A DNA stretch of 61,166 nucleotides, counting the filler, from Globobulimina sp. (Eukaryota), in NCBI GenBank assembly GCA_003354225.1. It is 14 parts of 14 records of this genome, joined end to end, with 100 filler letters (N's around TTAATTAATTAA, not from the genome) between each part and the next. Parts side by side here need not be neighbours in the genome. Positions count along the whole stretch, not along the records: positions 1 to 4,285 come from PIVH01001386.1; positions 4,386 to 8,668 come from PIVH01001387.1; positions 8,769 to 13,051 come from PIVH01001388.1; 11 more parts are not named here. One strand, given 5' to 3'. The notes under the pieces were generated by a model that was given only the letters and a program-made list of their open reading frames with translations, made no database searches and was not told the DNA's origin. Below, in pieces: positions 1 through 10,230 of the stretch; within the stretch, counting starts at the first letter, position 1, and every line of letters begins with the position of its first letter. A program made the position numbers and the translations under genes.

Positions 1-69
1 TACCCAAATTTTGTCTGGACTGAATCGAACGATTGCAAGTAACCGCTTTTAAATTTTAATTCAAACCCT

Positions 70-204
70 TTATAAATAGACACTATAATCTCTTTTAAAC
101 TGTTTAATAAAATCTGGAATACGTATTAATGGGATATCAAAACTAGTAATCCAGCCATATTCTTCAAATGCAAATTCTATTGTTCTATTATCTGATGATT
201 TCAT
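70..204 (-). CDS. Phage hypothetical protein (44 aa, MKSSDNRTIEFAFEEYGW...)
   Basis: Translated by hand; ATGA overlap with the stop of 201..539; below the ORF-track cutoff. Confidence 0.55.
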   Translation of the reverse strand: MKSSDNRTIEFAFEEYGWITSFDIPLIRIPDFIKQFKRDYSVYL

Positions 205-539
205 AAATCACCTTCATTAGCATTCCTCGCTTTTATAATAGGTTTTCTAAAAGCTAGAGCTAGATCTTTAGGTTCTGTATTATCTAAATATGATTTTGGT
301 AGTAATATTTCTATTGGTTTATTTTCTAAAGTATCAAATAAGACAATCCATACCATATTTTCACTTATTTGGGCTACGAATGTATCTACGAACCCACCAT
401 CTCTCCATCCTATACCCAAGTGTAGTTCTTTCATATTATGTGATAATTCTCGTGATAACACATAATCTATAATCAACTTTTGACCTCTATATTTAGGGTC
501 GGTTTTATAATAATCTTCTAAATATTCGTGTATGTTCAT
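201..539 (-). CDS. Phage hypothetical protein
   Basis: 112-aa ORF, ATGA overlap with the upstream gene, GGAG SD motif. Confidence 0.75.
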   Translation of the reverse strand: MNIHEYLEDYYKTDPKYRGQKLIIDYVLSRELSHNMKELHLGIGWRDGGFVDTFVAQISENMVWIVLFDTLENKPIEILLPKSYLDNTEPKDLALAFRKPIIKARNANEGDL

Positions 540-742
540 AAAATACTCCCATAATATTCATTCCACATATCATTCCAATATTCATCATTAGCTTCTTTAC
601 AACTAGGACACAAAGTTCTATAATTCATTTCGTCATCTTGATATGCAGTTCGTTGTCTATATCTTACAGCATTTTTATTGTAACAAGGGTCATCAAAGCC
701 TTGACATGGTTTAAATTCTTCAGTCATGGTTATAATCTTCAA
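536..742 (-). CDS. Phage hypothetical protein, Cys-containing (possible Zn binding)
   Basis: C-x6-C and CPSC motifs; lies in the co-oriented array; true start may be the internal ATG near 727. Confidence 0.65.
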   Translation of the reverse strand: MKIITMTEEFKPCQGFDDPCYNKNAVRYRQRTAYQDDEMNYRTLCPSCKEANDEYWNDMWNEYYGSIL

Positions 743-1181
743 ATGATCTAGCTAACCAATCATCATCGGTACGACCAATATCATAATGTTCACGACCCAA
801 ATCTTTAACAACCATACCAGTTAGATATTCTTCTCGATAATCTGTATACCCAGTAGCAAGAATAATTAAATTTTCTTTAGTTGCCACTAATTTAGGGAAA
901 TCCTTGTCTTCTCTTACTACATGTTTAGGTAATTCATAGTCTTTATATAATCTAAATGTAAGATCTTCTCTAGTTTCTCCAACTGTAAAACCGGAAATAC
1001 CACTGTCCAGTACAATACCACTTGCATTCAATTCTTCTATAGTTTTATCGTGTTTAGTCATGAGTACAACTAAATTAACGCCTTGAGCTACCATAACTCT
1101 AGGTAAAGTAGATTCACCTTTTACTGGTTGTAGCATTTCGACAATTTGCTCTAATTTTTTGATTCTTTCTTCAATATTCAT
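720..1181 (-). CDS. Phage hypothetical protein with an internally duplicated ~60-aa module
   Basis: SD motif AAGGGG; two similar halves (PRVMVAQGVNLVVLMT..GIVLD / PKLVATKENLIILAT..GMVVKD). Confidence 0.75.
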   Translation of the reverse strand: MNIEERIKKLEQIVEMLQPVKGESTLPRVMVAQGVNLVVLMTKHDKTIEELNASGIVLDSGISGFTVGETREDLTFRLYKDYELPKHVVREDKDFPKLVATKENLIILATGYTDYREEYLTGMVVKDLGREHYDIGRTDDDWLARSFEDYNHD

Positions 1182-1228
1182 CCGATTTCCCCTTATTTAC
1201 CTAATATTACCATAGACATTTCCGTTTG

Positions 1229-1438
1229 TCAAGATCTATTTCTCTTATTGTAAGATTCCACTGCGGCATCAGACATATATGTAGCCTGTATTATACTTTG
1301 ACCATCTGTAATAAAATGTTTATATACGTCAGCCCATAATTGATCTCGTATAGGATCATATATTTTAACTTTAGGTGGTGCTGGTGGTGGCTCTGGTCTT
1401 TGTAACCCCTCTGGTTTGACGTTTGGTTGTTTCTTCAT
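1229..1438 (-). CDS. Phage hypothetical protein, Pro-rich N-terminus
   Basis: 69-aa ORF with ATGA overlap. Confidence 0.7.
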   Translation of the reverse strand: MKKQPNVKPEGLQRPEPPPAPPKVKIYDPIRDQLWADVYKHFITDGQSIIQATYMSDAAVESYNKRNRS

Positions 1439-1902
1439 TTCACTTTCCGCATTTCTTCATTGTAATAGTGTAAAGTAGCAAGATAATGCTCATATGCTAT
1501 CTCTAAATCTTTTATTTTTTCGTCGTATATCCTTTCAAAATTATCATCAATTTTAAATTTTTCTACACCACCAACGAATAGTGTAGGGGCATTTTCTAAT
1601 AAAGCTGTAGACATATGTAACATGGTTTTATGATAATGATTCGCAAATTCTAGGTGCTTTATATAATCATTGTACAGTTTATTGACAGCTTCAGCGTTAT
1701 CTATGTCTATAATTTGATAAACCTTGGTTTCATCTTTATCTACCAATTTATAAAATTTTTGTAGAGCTTGTTCTAATGCTCTGGTAATTGCATTAATTCT
1801 AATTTTAGCGTTACTGCAAGTATAATATTCCTCTGTAGGTATAACTTTTATAAAATCATTTGGATCTATTTCGAAATATTTATATGCTTCTGTGAATCCC
1901 AT
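1435..1902 (-). CDS. Phage hypothetical protein
   Basis: 155-aa ORF, SD motif GGAG. Confidence 0.75.
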   Translation of the reverse strand: MGFTEAYKYFEIDPNDFIKVIPTEEYYTCSNAKIRINAITRALEQALQKFYKLVDKDETKVYQIIDIDNAEAVNKLYNDYIKHLEFANHYHKTMLHMSTALLENAPTLFVGGVEKFKIDDNFERIYDEKIKDLEIAYEHYLATLHYYNEEMRKVK

Positions 1903-1903
1903 T

Positions 1904-2218
1904 TTATGCTCCCTTTATTTCACTTATATGTTTCTTACCTCTGAATCTAAAGACTACTGGTAAATTGTATGCTGGTGGACCGAAACAATAAGTTGGATTA
2001 TTTTTATTGCATTCTTTATCTAATTTTTTATCAATTTCCGCTATTTCACTAGCGGTTGCTTCAGATATTTGATAATACGATACCATTGCATCTACTAGAT
2101 CTTGATAGGTATCATAAAATGTATATAAATGTGTAGCTGGTTGATAATCGCCTTTTAGTGGCCCATCTAACATTAAAACTAGATTTGATGTTTCTATTTT
2201 ATCTTTTAATGTGTACAT
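1904..2218 (-). CDS. Phage hypothetical protein
   Basis: 104-aa ORF, TAATG overlap with the upstream gene. Confidence 0.7.
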   Translation of the reverse strand: MYTLKDKIETSNLVLMLDGPLKGDYQPATHLYTFYDTYQDLVDAMVSYYQISEATASEIAEIDKKLDKECNKNNPTYCFGPPAYNLPVVFRFRGKKHISEIKGA

Positions 2219-2565
2219 TATTCACTTATCCTATAATTACCCTGCCATGCACCACAACCTTCATTAGCTTCTAAACATACATCCATCCAATATCCATTAC
2301 CATAAGTACCACAAGTATTAGCACCACATAGAGGACATTTACCGTCAAATTCCTTCTGTGATTCAAATAATTTAGTAAATGAATCCATATCAAAAACAAA
2401 ACCACAATCCTTTCCAATCATTTTAAATGAATTATTATAATCTTTTACAAGAACTCTAGAATCTTTTAACTCTTGTAATTCAATTCTAAGGTCTTCTATT
2501 TGCTTTTTATGGTCTTCCAGTAAAACATGGAAGGCTTTCTCTAGAATTTCGTTATTGTTACACAT
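2218..2565 (-). CDS. Phage hypothetical protein with C-terminal Zn-ribbon-like motif
   Basis: CPLCG...C-x6-C motif. Confidence 0.7.
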   Translation of the reverse strand: MCNNNEILEKAFHVLLEDHKKQIEDLRIELQELKDSRVLVKDYNNSFKMIGKDCGFVFDMDSFTKLFESQKEFDGKCPLCGANTCGTYGNGYWMDVCLEANEGCGAWQGNYRISE

Positions 2566-2572
2566 TACAAAC

Positions 2573-2842
2573 TCACCATCCTTCAGTGAAAGCCATAGTA
2601 GGTGGGAAGTCTTTTGGTTTTCTATTATCTAAAGGTACGTTATTTTCCTTTAATATCCCTTCTATTTCCTTTAATGTTTGAATAATACCAAGATCGTGTC
2701 TTTGGGTGTGTTGTAAATTATGATAATGTTGACCAGTGCCATATTCCCCTTCTTCCATCTCATAATGATCAGCTATTTGTAGTTTATGATCATATAAATG
2801 ATTTCTAATATCTAATAGTAAATCTGTTTTAACTTTCATCAT
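2573..2842 (-). CDS. Phage hypothetical protein
   Basis: 89-aa ORF, ATGA overlap, GAGGGG SD motif. Confidence 0.7.
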   Translation of the reverse strand: MMKVKTDLLLDIRNHLYDHKLQIADHYEMEEGEYGTGQHYHNLQHTQRHDLGIIQTLKEIEGILKENNVPLDNRKPKDFPPTMAFTEGW

Positions 2843-3087
2843 ACTTCACCCCTCAATTTAGCTCGCAATAAGTCAACCACACAACCATTATTCATCCAAT
2901 CCATACCATCTTCGTAATATTCTAGTTCACCGTTCCAATCATAGAATTCTTTTACAAATTTGTCTTTTTCTTTTCTAGACCATGATATAGGGAACTGCCA
3001 ATCATTACAACAATCGTTTGCTAATCTATCACTATACTCTTCTAAGAAATCTACTAAAATTCCTATTTCCTTTTTATTTAAATTCAT
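2839..3087 (-). CDS. Phage hypothetical protein
   Basis: 82-aa acidic/aromatic ORF, SD motif upstream. Confidence 0.7.
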   Translation of the reverse strand: MNLNKKEIGILVDFLEEYSDRLANDCCNDWQFPISWSRKEKDKFVKEFYDWNGELEYYEDGMDWMNNGCVVDLLRAKLRGEV

Positions 3088-3090
3088 AAT

Positions 3091-3323
3091 TTACACCTTC
3101 TCCTTGTGTATTTGAATTTTATTACAAGTTTTACATCTTCTTATTTGTTTGACGTATGACTTTACTGGAAATTTATCGTTATAAGCTTCAAAACCGATAA
3201 AGTGCCAGCATCTTCCCATTCGGTCCAATCATGTTTATGAGGATTTTTGTCTCCTGAGAATAAAACCCATAGAAAGAATAAAGTCGCTAATCCACCTAAT
3301 ATAAAAACTACCAATAAATTCAT
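3091..3323 (-). pseudogene. Frameshifted phage membrane-anchored protein (TM + HxHxW...CxxC)
   Basis: MNLLVVFILGGLATLFFLWVLFSGDKNPHKHDWTEWEDAGT continues in another frame as GFEAYNDKFPVKSYVKQIRRCKTCNKIQIHKEKV*; the span is 233 nt, one base short of a full ORF. Confidence 0.55.
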
Positions 3324-3324
3324 G

Positions 3325-3651
3325 TTAATCCTCGTCTACAGAATCTGGTAGATCTGAAATATCTTGTGAAAGTTTCACACAATTACCACATGTTTCAAGA
3401 TGAGCAAGCCCACCATCATACTTATTGGATAAGTATCGACACCCTTCAACTTCAATAACCTCATATCTATATGGATTTCTAGTGTTTTTAATTTCCGATA
3501 ATTCTATTCTTTGTTTATTTTGCTCTTGTCTTATATTATCTTTAATATTTGCTTTGAATATTATAAAACCCATTAATACAAATATTAAAAACATACATAA
3601 AACAGTCAATACTTCAGAATTATTTTTAAATATTTTAAATACCTTTTTCAT
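3325..3651 (-). CDS. Phage hypothetical membrane protein
   Basis: N-terminal TM helix, IEVEGCRYL...HLETCGNC motif, GGAGG SD motif. Confidence 0.75.
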   Translation of the reverse strand: MKKVFKIFKNNSEVLTVLCMFLIFVLMGFIIFKANIKDNIRQEQNKQRIELSEIKNTRNPYRYEVIEVEGCRYLSNKYDGGLAHLETCGNCVKLSQDISDLPDSVDED

Positions 3652-3662
3652 CGTGACCTCCC

Positions 3663-4025
3663 TTAAAGTCCATATACATCATAGCATTCTTGTTTTGATG
3701 CAAGCATTAAAATAGCTAATTTAATAGCCATATGCCAACCCATAGAATCTGGCTTAAATCTAGCAAACGGTGAAATATCACTAGAATCAAAATGAGGATC
3801 TATGGATACTCTCTTATGAAGGTTATAACTCGTAGTATTTAAAAATACACAAATTTTAACACCCTCGAAATTCGTACAATTTGGGTATCTTATCAAAGCT
3901 ACTAAATGATCACCAACTGCTTCAGTTCTAAGTATCTCGAATTTTATAGGATCTGGATTGGGTGCTTCTATTGGTTGATCCTTTTCGTAGACCATACAAT
4001 TTCTATGAAATATGTTTATACCCAT
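3663..4025 (-). CDS. Phage hypothetical protein (NPDP...YPNCTNFEG...DPHF...ARF motif)
   Basis: ORF 3663..4043; ATG at 4025 preceded by GGAGAAGGTG SD motif. Confidence 0.7.
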   Translation of the reverse strand: MGINIFHRNCMVYEKDQPIEAPNPDPIKFEILRTEAVGDHLVALIRYPNCTNFEGVKICVFLNTTSYNLHKRVSIDPHFDSSDISPFARFKPDSMGWHMAIKLAILMLASKQECYDVYGL

Positions 4026-4027
4026 GA

Positions 4028-4285
4028 TTACACCTTCTCCCATTTACTACAAATATAATTCTCATATGTTTCGAATGTAATATCTTTATTCCTACCACAA
4101 GTGTATTCAAAGTGTTCGAATTGGTCATATTGATCCGTATCGATAACATCAGTATCACAGAATTTACAATTAGTACAAGTATCAATCCTTCTATAGTTAT
4201 TTCCTAGTTTAATAGTTGATTCCATAGTTTCATTTAGTTTTGTTGTGCTTATTACTTCTTCTGTAACCCCATCTTTAGTTTCTGA
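4028..4285 (-). CDS. Phage hypothetical protein, CxxCxxC motif (5' partial)
   Basis: Frame is open to the contig edge (SETKDGVTEEVISTTKLNETMES...CTNCKFC...). Confidence 0.6.
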   Translation of the reverse strand, partial: SETKDGVTEEVISTTKLNETMESTIKLGNNYRRIDTCTNCKFCDTDVIDTDQYDQFEHFEYTCGRNKDITFETYENYICSKWEKV

Positions 4286-4385
4286 NNNNNNNNNNNNNNN
4301 NNNNNNNNNNNNNNNNNNNNNNNNNNNNNTTAATTAATTAANNNNNNNNNNNNNNNNNNNNNNNNNNNNNNNNNNNNNNNNNNNN
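4286..4385. other. Artificial contig spacer (N-TTAATTAATTAA-N). Identical spacers at 8669-8768, 13052-13151, 17432-17531, 21811-21910, 26190-26289, 30568-30667, 34944-35043, 39315-39414, 43686-43785, 48057-48156, 52427-52526, 56797-56896
   Basis: 13 identical 100-nt spacers with six-frame stops; the intervening contigs shrink monotonically from 4285 to 4270 nt. Confidence 0.99.
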
Positions 4386-4391
4386 ATTTGT

Positions 4392-4856
4392 TTATAATTT
4401 TGATTTGCCATTTAAATAAAATGCCATTTGGTTTTCTTTTTTTTCAAAGCCGCATCGTTGATAAAAAGGAACATTTTGATCCGTACAGTCTAAGATTACT
4501 TTATAACATCCATTTTGTTTCGCAAAATTGACTGCATAGTTCGTCATTAATTTCCCTAACCCTTTTCCTCGATAATTACTATCTGTCACAACATCTTCGA
4601 TATGCCCCACACGAGCACAACAATGGGCGAATTTCTGCTCAATGATGAGTGTAATTGTGGCAATTATCAATGACGCAGATTTATCCTCGATGACGAATGT
4701 CGATTGCAATGGATTGGCTGCCATTGTATCAAAAGCTACGTTATAATTAATTCTATTCACATCTCCCATGTCTGCCAATTGACTCAATAATTGAATGTGT
4801 CCTTTATCAAAATCTGATTGTTGCAATTTTCGAACACTAAATGTTTGCGACGCCAT
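4392..4856 (-). CDS. GNA1: Glucosamine-6-phosphate N-acetyltransferase (GNAT family)
   Basis: IEQKFAH, GHIEDVVT...RGKGLGK, CYKVILDC and FYQRCGF motifs; likely start MASQTF at 4856. Confidence 0.92.
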   Translation of the reverse strand: MASQTFSVRKLQQSDFDKGHIQLLSQLADMGDVNRINYNVAFDTMAANPLQSTFVIEDKSASLIIATITLIIEQKFAHCCARVGHIEDVVTDSNYRGKGLGKLMTNYAVNFAKQNGCYKVILDCTDQNVPFYQRCGFEKKENQMAFYLNGKSKL

Positions 4857-4919
4857 TGTTTCAGTGTTTTTCGATCGTACAAAAAAAATCAACTCACAAA
4901 AACACTTATAGTACACGGT

Positions 4920-7900
4920 TTATTCTGTTTTATATTTAGATAAAACATATTCAAGTTCGAACTCAATCCATTCGGCATACAGTGTCCACGCATCACCTTC
5001 GACCGGACAAAAACATCGCACTTTAACAATATCATTTGGTGCGATACAATTTAATTCCCAGTCATTCTTTGCCGACAACACTTGATTGGCCCATTCAAAA
5101 TTACCACTATGTTCAAAATGGTTAATAACGATCAAATTTAATTCCCTCATCAACACACCATTCCGTATTATTTGTACGCCAATAAAACAGCCTTCTGTGC
5201 TGCCGACCTCTTGATCACGACACAAAGACTTCAATTTAATATGACATACACCCAACAAATCCGGCGGTAATCCACAACGTAGACTCTCTCCATAGGAATG
5301 ATCCTGCTTTTTCCCGTGTAATTTAATCGGAGTTTCATATTTGTATTTATGAGTTACAGTTTGTCGCAAATACTTTGTAGCTTGAATATATTTGCCAATA
5401 TCATAGGTTACACATAATTTATGCAATAACTCATCCATTTTAAGCAGATCACAGCCATTCTTCCGCCGTTTCACATAAATTTCACCGAATTTAAATGTAT
5501 TAATTAAATCAATAAATACAGGTTTTGAGGTGTCATATAATTCTAAACTGATTGGTATTAATTTATTATCATCAATACGCAGGTTATGATATGAATAAAA
5601 TCGCAAATATTCACGAAATAATAAGAATTTATCTAATTCTGCATATCCAACATTAATATATTCAGCTGAATCATTCCTCATTTTTATGCCAAATGCTTTG
5701 CCCAATAATGTCGCCTCTAACTCATTGTACATTGCTTGCATCGCCCTTTTTGTGTTTGGTTTTGATTGATTTGTCTCATTTTCGTATTTTTTAATCTCGG
5801 AATCTAAATCAAATTGATAAAAACCAGTCAGATATAACATATTTTCGCACCATTTCAGCTCATTTTTATTTTCAATATCTTTCTTTTCCTGCAATTTGAT
5901 TAAAAATATAGCAACGCAGGCATCACATAAATCGAATAGACACTCTTTGCAATGATAGGCGCCTCGACCTTCGTTGTTGGACTGCCGACAATCGTTGCAA
6001 TTAAAACCAAACCTGTAACCCGCATGACTTTGCAATAACTGCTCTTGCGCTGTCCACGGAGCTGGATGCTGTTTCAAACAGGTCGGGACACCGACATCTC
6101 TCTCTTCATCGCTATCGCTGTCTAATATTTCCATTATTTTACGGAAAACTGTCTGTTTTCCATCGGGACGAACAAACCATTCGCTTGACTGGTAATTACA
6201 ATATATTTTATTCAACATCAATGCATGGAATATTTGAATGGATTCTTGTGCGTAATATTCCACTTTGCCACTCACATTTTGCTGTCGAAATTGTAATCGA
6301 CAGTGTCCAGCCCAAACACTCGAAAATATTTCCACGACATTTCCAAGTTTTCGTTCCAAACTCAATGCTTTTTCTATCAACACACGGAATGAGTCACCTT
6401 GTTGTAATTGCAATGCTTTTTGAATAATTGTCGTATATTTATCCGTCAATGGCACCTCAAATATATTCACATCATTGTTTATTAATGTTATCACAGCATC
6501 GGCTTCATTATAAACAATAAATCTGTACAACAAACTTTCGCCATATTTATCATGAAAGGTTATAGTTTTCGCACTTTTATCTGATTTTTGTTTATTTTTA
6601 TATAATTTGATCACATTATTAAAAAACTCAATGTTGGTATCTTGCAAAGTCAATAATATTTTATCCTGAGCCACTGTAAACAGGTCAGAAATATCCAAAA
6701 TATCAATTTTATTCACATTCTCAGCATGCACAATCATTTTAATACAGTCATTTTTATTTAAATCCTCGTGGCTGGTTAAGTAGGTCAAGGAAGTCAATAA
6801 TTTGTTAAAAGTGCCTTTGGAGAATTCATAGTCCATATTAAAGGGCACTGTATTGCACAATGCACGACAATTTAAATTGAAATCGAACAGGCGATCTTCC
6901 TCATCGCCGGTATCTAAATCCATTCTATCCCTCGTAAACAAATGGATAAACGGTACGAATGCGGCACGACCGTTTAAGCACAATACACCGTAATGGAATA
7001 GATTCATTTTACACGATTTCGCCTCGTAATATAACACAATTCCTTCTAACAACACATGTACGGCTGCCAGTAGTATAGATGTGGTTATTTCTGTCGCAGT
7101 GATACCTAATGTTTGTCTGTCATTTGTGAACAAAATTCGTGTCTGCAAAATAATTTGCGGCAGCGACTCAAATGCGATCTGAGAGATCGTTCGTAAACGG
7201 CGAAATCCTTTGACATCCATGGTGGATAAATTTAATTTGCTCAGCAACATTTCCACAGAGATCAAATCTACGCATTTTCTGGCTTTGTCAAAGGTTAATA
7301 TCGCAATAACTTCCTTGAAAATAGTAGTTATAATAAAAAAGAAATCAATTAATAGGAAATATAACACGCCAAATGGACTCAGATAGACCGCACCGAATAA
7401 GGTTTTGCCCCATCCGCCCGATGCGAAAAAATCCCTTTCCAGTTTTAATAAAAACAATAACGACGACACCGCGATGAAATACGGTGACAATAACATTAAA
7501 ATTGTAGTGGAGGTCCACCACACATGGCGATGTTGAATGAATTTCGTTAATATTATAATATCGGTGATAAAGTCAGCGGCAGCTAACAGCTCTACGAATA
7601 TGCTCACCACGCGGAAGAATATCATGGTTTTAAAAGTGGACTGTGCCCCTGTTTGCGTTTGTTTTTTTTGTGTTTACTCAAAGTGTTTGCAACGTACATA
7701 TATATATATATTTACCTTTGCGCTTTATGGTTAAATGTACAAATGGGTTCAACAATGCATTGCATTCATTATCATTATAATTAGCCAAATATTGCCTCGA
7801 TTTGACATCCAATCTTCTGTTATTTGGGTTGCTATTAATGCCAGAATCTAACAATGGCATCATTCGATATTCATTAATATCCATACACTGCTCCGGCAAA

Positions 7901-8668
7901 TACAACTTTTCTTCCCATGCTTCGTATTCATTGTCATCAACACTCATTTGCTTGTTCACTGATTTCGATTCATATTCTTTTTGCTCATTAATGTCCTGCT
8001 TTTTTTCAAAGGTTTGACCGCGATGTGCTGCGTCATAAATATCAAAGTTCTCCATTAATTCTGCGCAATTATACTCATTTTTGTGTTCCTCATTGTCTTC
8101 GTTTGGTATATTTGCGCGTTTCAATAAAAAGCCAACAAATAATAATTTAAATTGTTTATTTTTCCCAACACTTTCATTGTGCGCTGCTGTCACTAATCGC
8201 TGAATGATGGATTTGCCATCTTTATCACGTATGACTTCGTCACAATCCTTAAATATCCAATACGCATTGACCGGATCCTGCCAGTTGGCATACGAATTAT
8301 TTTCTATTTTCCATATTTCTTCGTCAAAAGTACTGCAAAACCATTCAACGAACATATGTTTGCAGGCTGGATCAAACCATTTATTTTTGGCACCATTTAA
8401 AAGTTGGCAAGTGGTATTTTTTCGAGCCAGACATAACATTTCATCCCGGTTTGTCCCAGCTTTCCGGTACCATAATTTCATCGCTTTATTGTGTTTGCGA
8501 AACAATGTATGAATAAAGGTTTCATAGCCGCTGTTTCTGGTCCATGGATCCTTGACAATTCGCAGTAATTCCTCTAAAAAGTCTAAAAAAGGAATACTAA
8601 TATCATTGCTCCGAGAAATCTCGATGACAATATGCAAAATATTGGTGTTTTGTTGGTCACACGTGGCT
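4920..8668 (-). CDS. Large membrane protein: ankyrin-like region + XK-related TM domain + ankyrin-like region + ZZ/C1-like Zn finger (5' partial)
   Basis: ORFs 7678..8637 and 4920..7625 join in frame through GT-AG intron 7649..7715 (KRK-G-AQSTFKTMIFF). XK-family motif FESLPQIILQ; CNDC...YHCKECLFDLCDAC. Confidence 0.7.
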
Positions 8669-8790
8669 NNNNNNNNNNNNNNNNNNNNNNNNNNNNNNNN
8701 NNNNNNNNNNNNTTAATTAATTAANNNNNNNNNNNNNNNNNNNNNNNNNNNNNNNNNNNNNNNNNNNNATTAATAAAGTTGCATATAAGT

Positions 8791-10230
8791 TCAACTGTAT
8801 TGATTACTTTGGAGAGCATGTTCACTTACCACACAATTTGATTCCTTCACACTGGTTTTCCCCAACATCAGCGGCTTAAATCCATGCTGTTTTATATCGG
8901 TTATGGCCATGCTACTTAGATGCAAATTGGCATAATATAATTGACTCCAACTCTCAAAATTAAAATTCGAATCAGGATCCAATTGGTTCAAAGCTTGCGG
9001 CGGCGCGGGCGTATTATCCTGGTTTATGAGGTTGACGTGATGGATACGAAAGAGTATCAATATATTTTTATCATTGACATCGCGCGAATGTATATCTATC
9101 AAGTTATGATGATAGGTTTGTCCGATATGCAATGTATTCCATACCATCGTATTGAAATTGATACTTTTGCCGCTGTTTTGCGTCTGATAATTATAATAAT
9201 TCTGGTTGTTTGCATAGTAGTTTTTGGGGTCACGCGGTTTGAAAGTATTCATATTTTTATCTGTTAAATCAAAGAGCACTAACTTCGAACCAGAGGATAT
9301 ATTCTGTTCTATTTCTGGTTTATGGAATAATATCACATATTCGTGGTTGATGTGATTCATTTTCTTGCTCACAAAGTGCAAATTATTTTGTTCTAATTGT
9401 TCGTTATTCAAATAATAATCTGAGCCGAATGAAAACACTGCATTTGGCAGTAAATATTTATTATCTTCAGCGAAACGTATTTTTTTCCCATCATTTTCGA
9501 AATTAAATAATTCTAATACGGAGGTGCCGGTATTCACACTTTGTCGGCTGAATACAAATAATAATGCTCTGCTTGGATGCAACTGTGTTTTCAAGCGAGT
9601 TTGAGTGTTATTGCGATGTTTTAACGGTATGATATATTGTTTCTTGAATCGAAAGGAATTATTCGTATCGCTGGGATCAAATATCATGTCTTTGTTTAAT
9701 AATAATTCGATAACATTTACCTGAATGAACCTATTTTCGTCACATTCTTGCGGATTGTCGGAGGCCACAACGGCACGGCACCACACTAACAGTGCAGTTT
9801 TGCATTTTTTGTTAAAATCTTTTTTATTATAATATAGTTTACAGCAAATAAATTCTTTCGACTGTTTCCAGGAACTGCAGTCATACGCTGTCTCCTGTGG
9901 ATAGCCTAAAATGTCGGAAAACTCAATCTCGTGCTGTCTACGCATAAAATCATCGTCGTCGGTGTTAATATCGATATCTGCGAAAAATGGATCAATATCT
10001 TTTTTACATAATGCATCGATGGGTATCTCTGGCTCTTTCTTTTTTTCTTCCAGTTGCTTTTTATCTTTTTCTTTTTGAGCTGTTGTGGTTCTTGGTTGAA
10101 TTGGTTGAACTGCACTATATAATCGTGTAGGTGTACAATAACGCACAATATTTGTTGTAGTCTTATAGATTAACTTGTAGATATTTTGCGGTGGTGGTGG
10201 ATCCTTCTTGTTTCCTGTAGTATTGCCCAT
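8791..10230 (-). CDS. Hypothetical protein, possible N-myristoylation (MGNTTG); 3' end may be spliced or truncated
   Basis: 479-aa ORF with no recognised domain. Confidence 0.65.
   Translation of the reverse strand: MGNTTGNKKDPPPPQNIYKLIYKTTTNIVRYCTPTRLYSAVQPIQPRTTTAQKEKDKKQLEEKKKEPEIPIDALCKKDIDPFFADIDINTDDDDFMRRQHEIEFSDILGYPQETAYDCSSWKQSKEFICCKLYYNKKDFNKKCKTALLVWCRAVVASDNPQECDENRFIQVNVIELLLNKDMIFDPSDTNNSFRFKKQYIIPLKHRNNTQTRLKTQLHPSRALLFVFSRQSVNTGTSVLELFNFENDGKKIRFAEDNKYLLPNAVFSFGSDYYLNNEQLEQNNLHFVSKKMNHINHEYVILFHKPEIEQNISSGSKLVLFDLTDKNMNTFKPRDPKNYYANNQNYYNYQTQNSGKSINFNTMVWNTLHIGQTYHHNLIDIHSRDVNDKNILILFRIHHVNLINQDNTPAPPQALNQLDPDSNFNFESWSQLYYANLHLSSMAITDIKQHGFKPLMLGKTSVKESNCVVSEHALQSNQYS

Larger units (their letters stand above)
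1..4285 (-). mobile_element. Bacteriophage-like contig (accessory region of small hypothetical genes)
   Basis: About 15 co-oriented 44-155 aa intronless ORFs on the minus strand, ATGA stop/start overlaps (e.g. 536-539, 1435-1438, 2839-2842), SD-like motifs (AAGGGG before 1181, GGAGG before 3651, AAGGAG/AGGTG before 3087). No hallmark structural gene. Confidence 0.75.

Noticed and set aside
15-50. GTTCGATTC on the minus strand, resembling a tRNA T-loop
   Set aside because: No T-stem or acceptor-stem pairing; it lies in an open frame running off the contig.
1-4285. Possible stop-codon reassignment in the phage
   Set aside because: Standard-code ORFs already tile the contig; the one gap is explained by a frameshifted gene.
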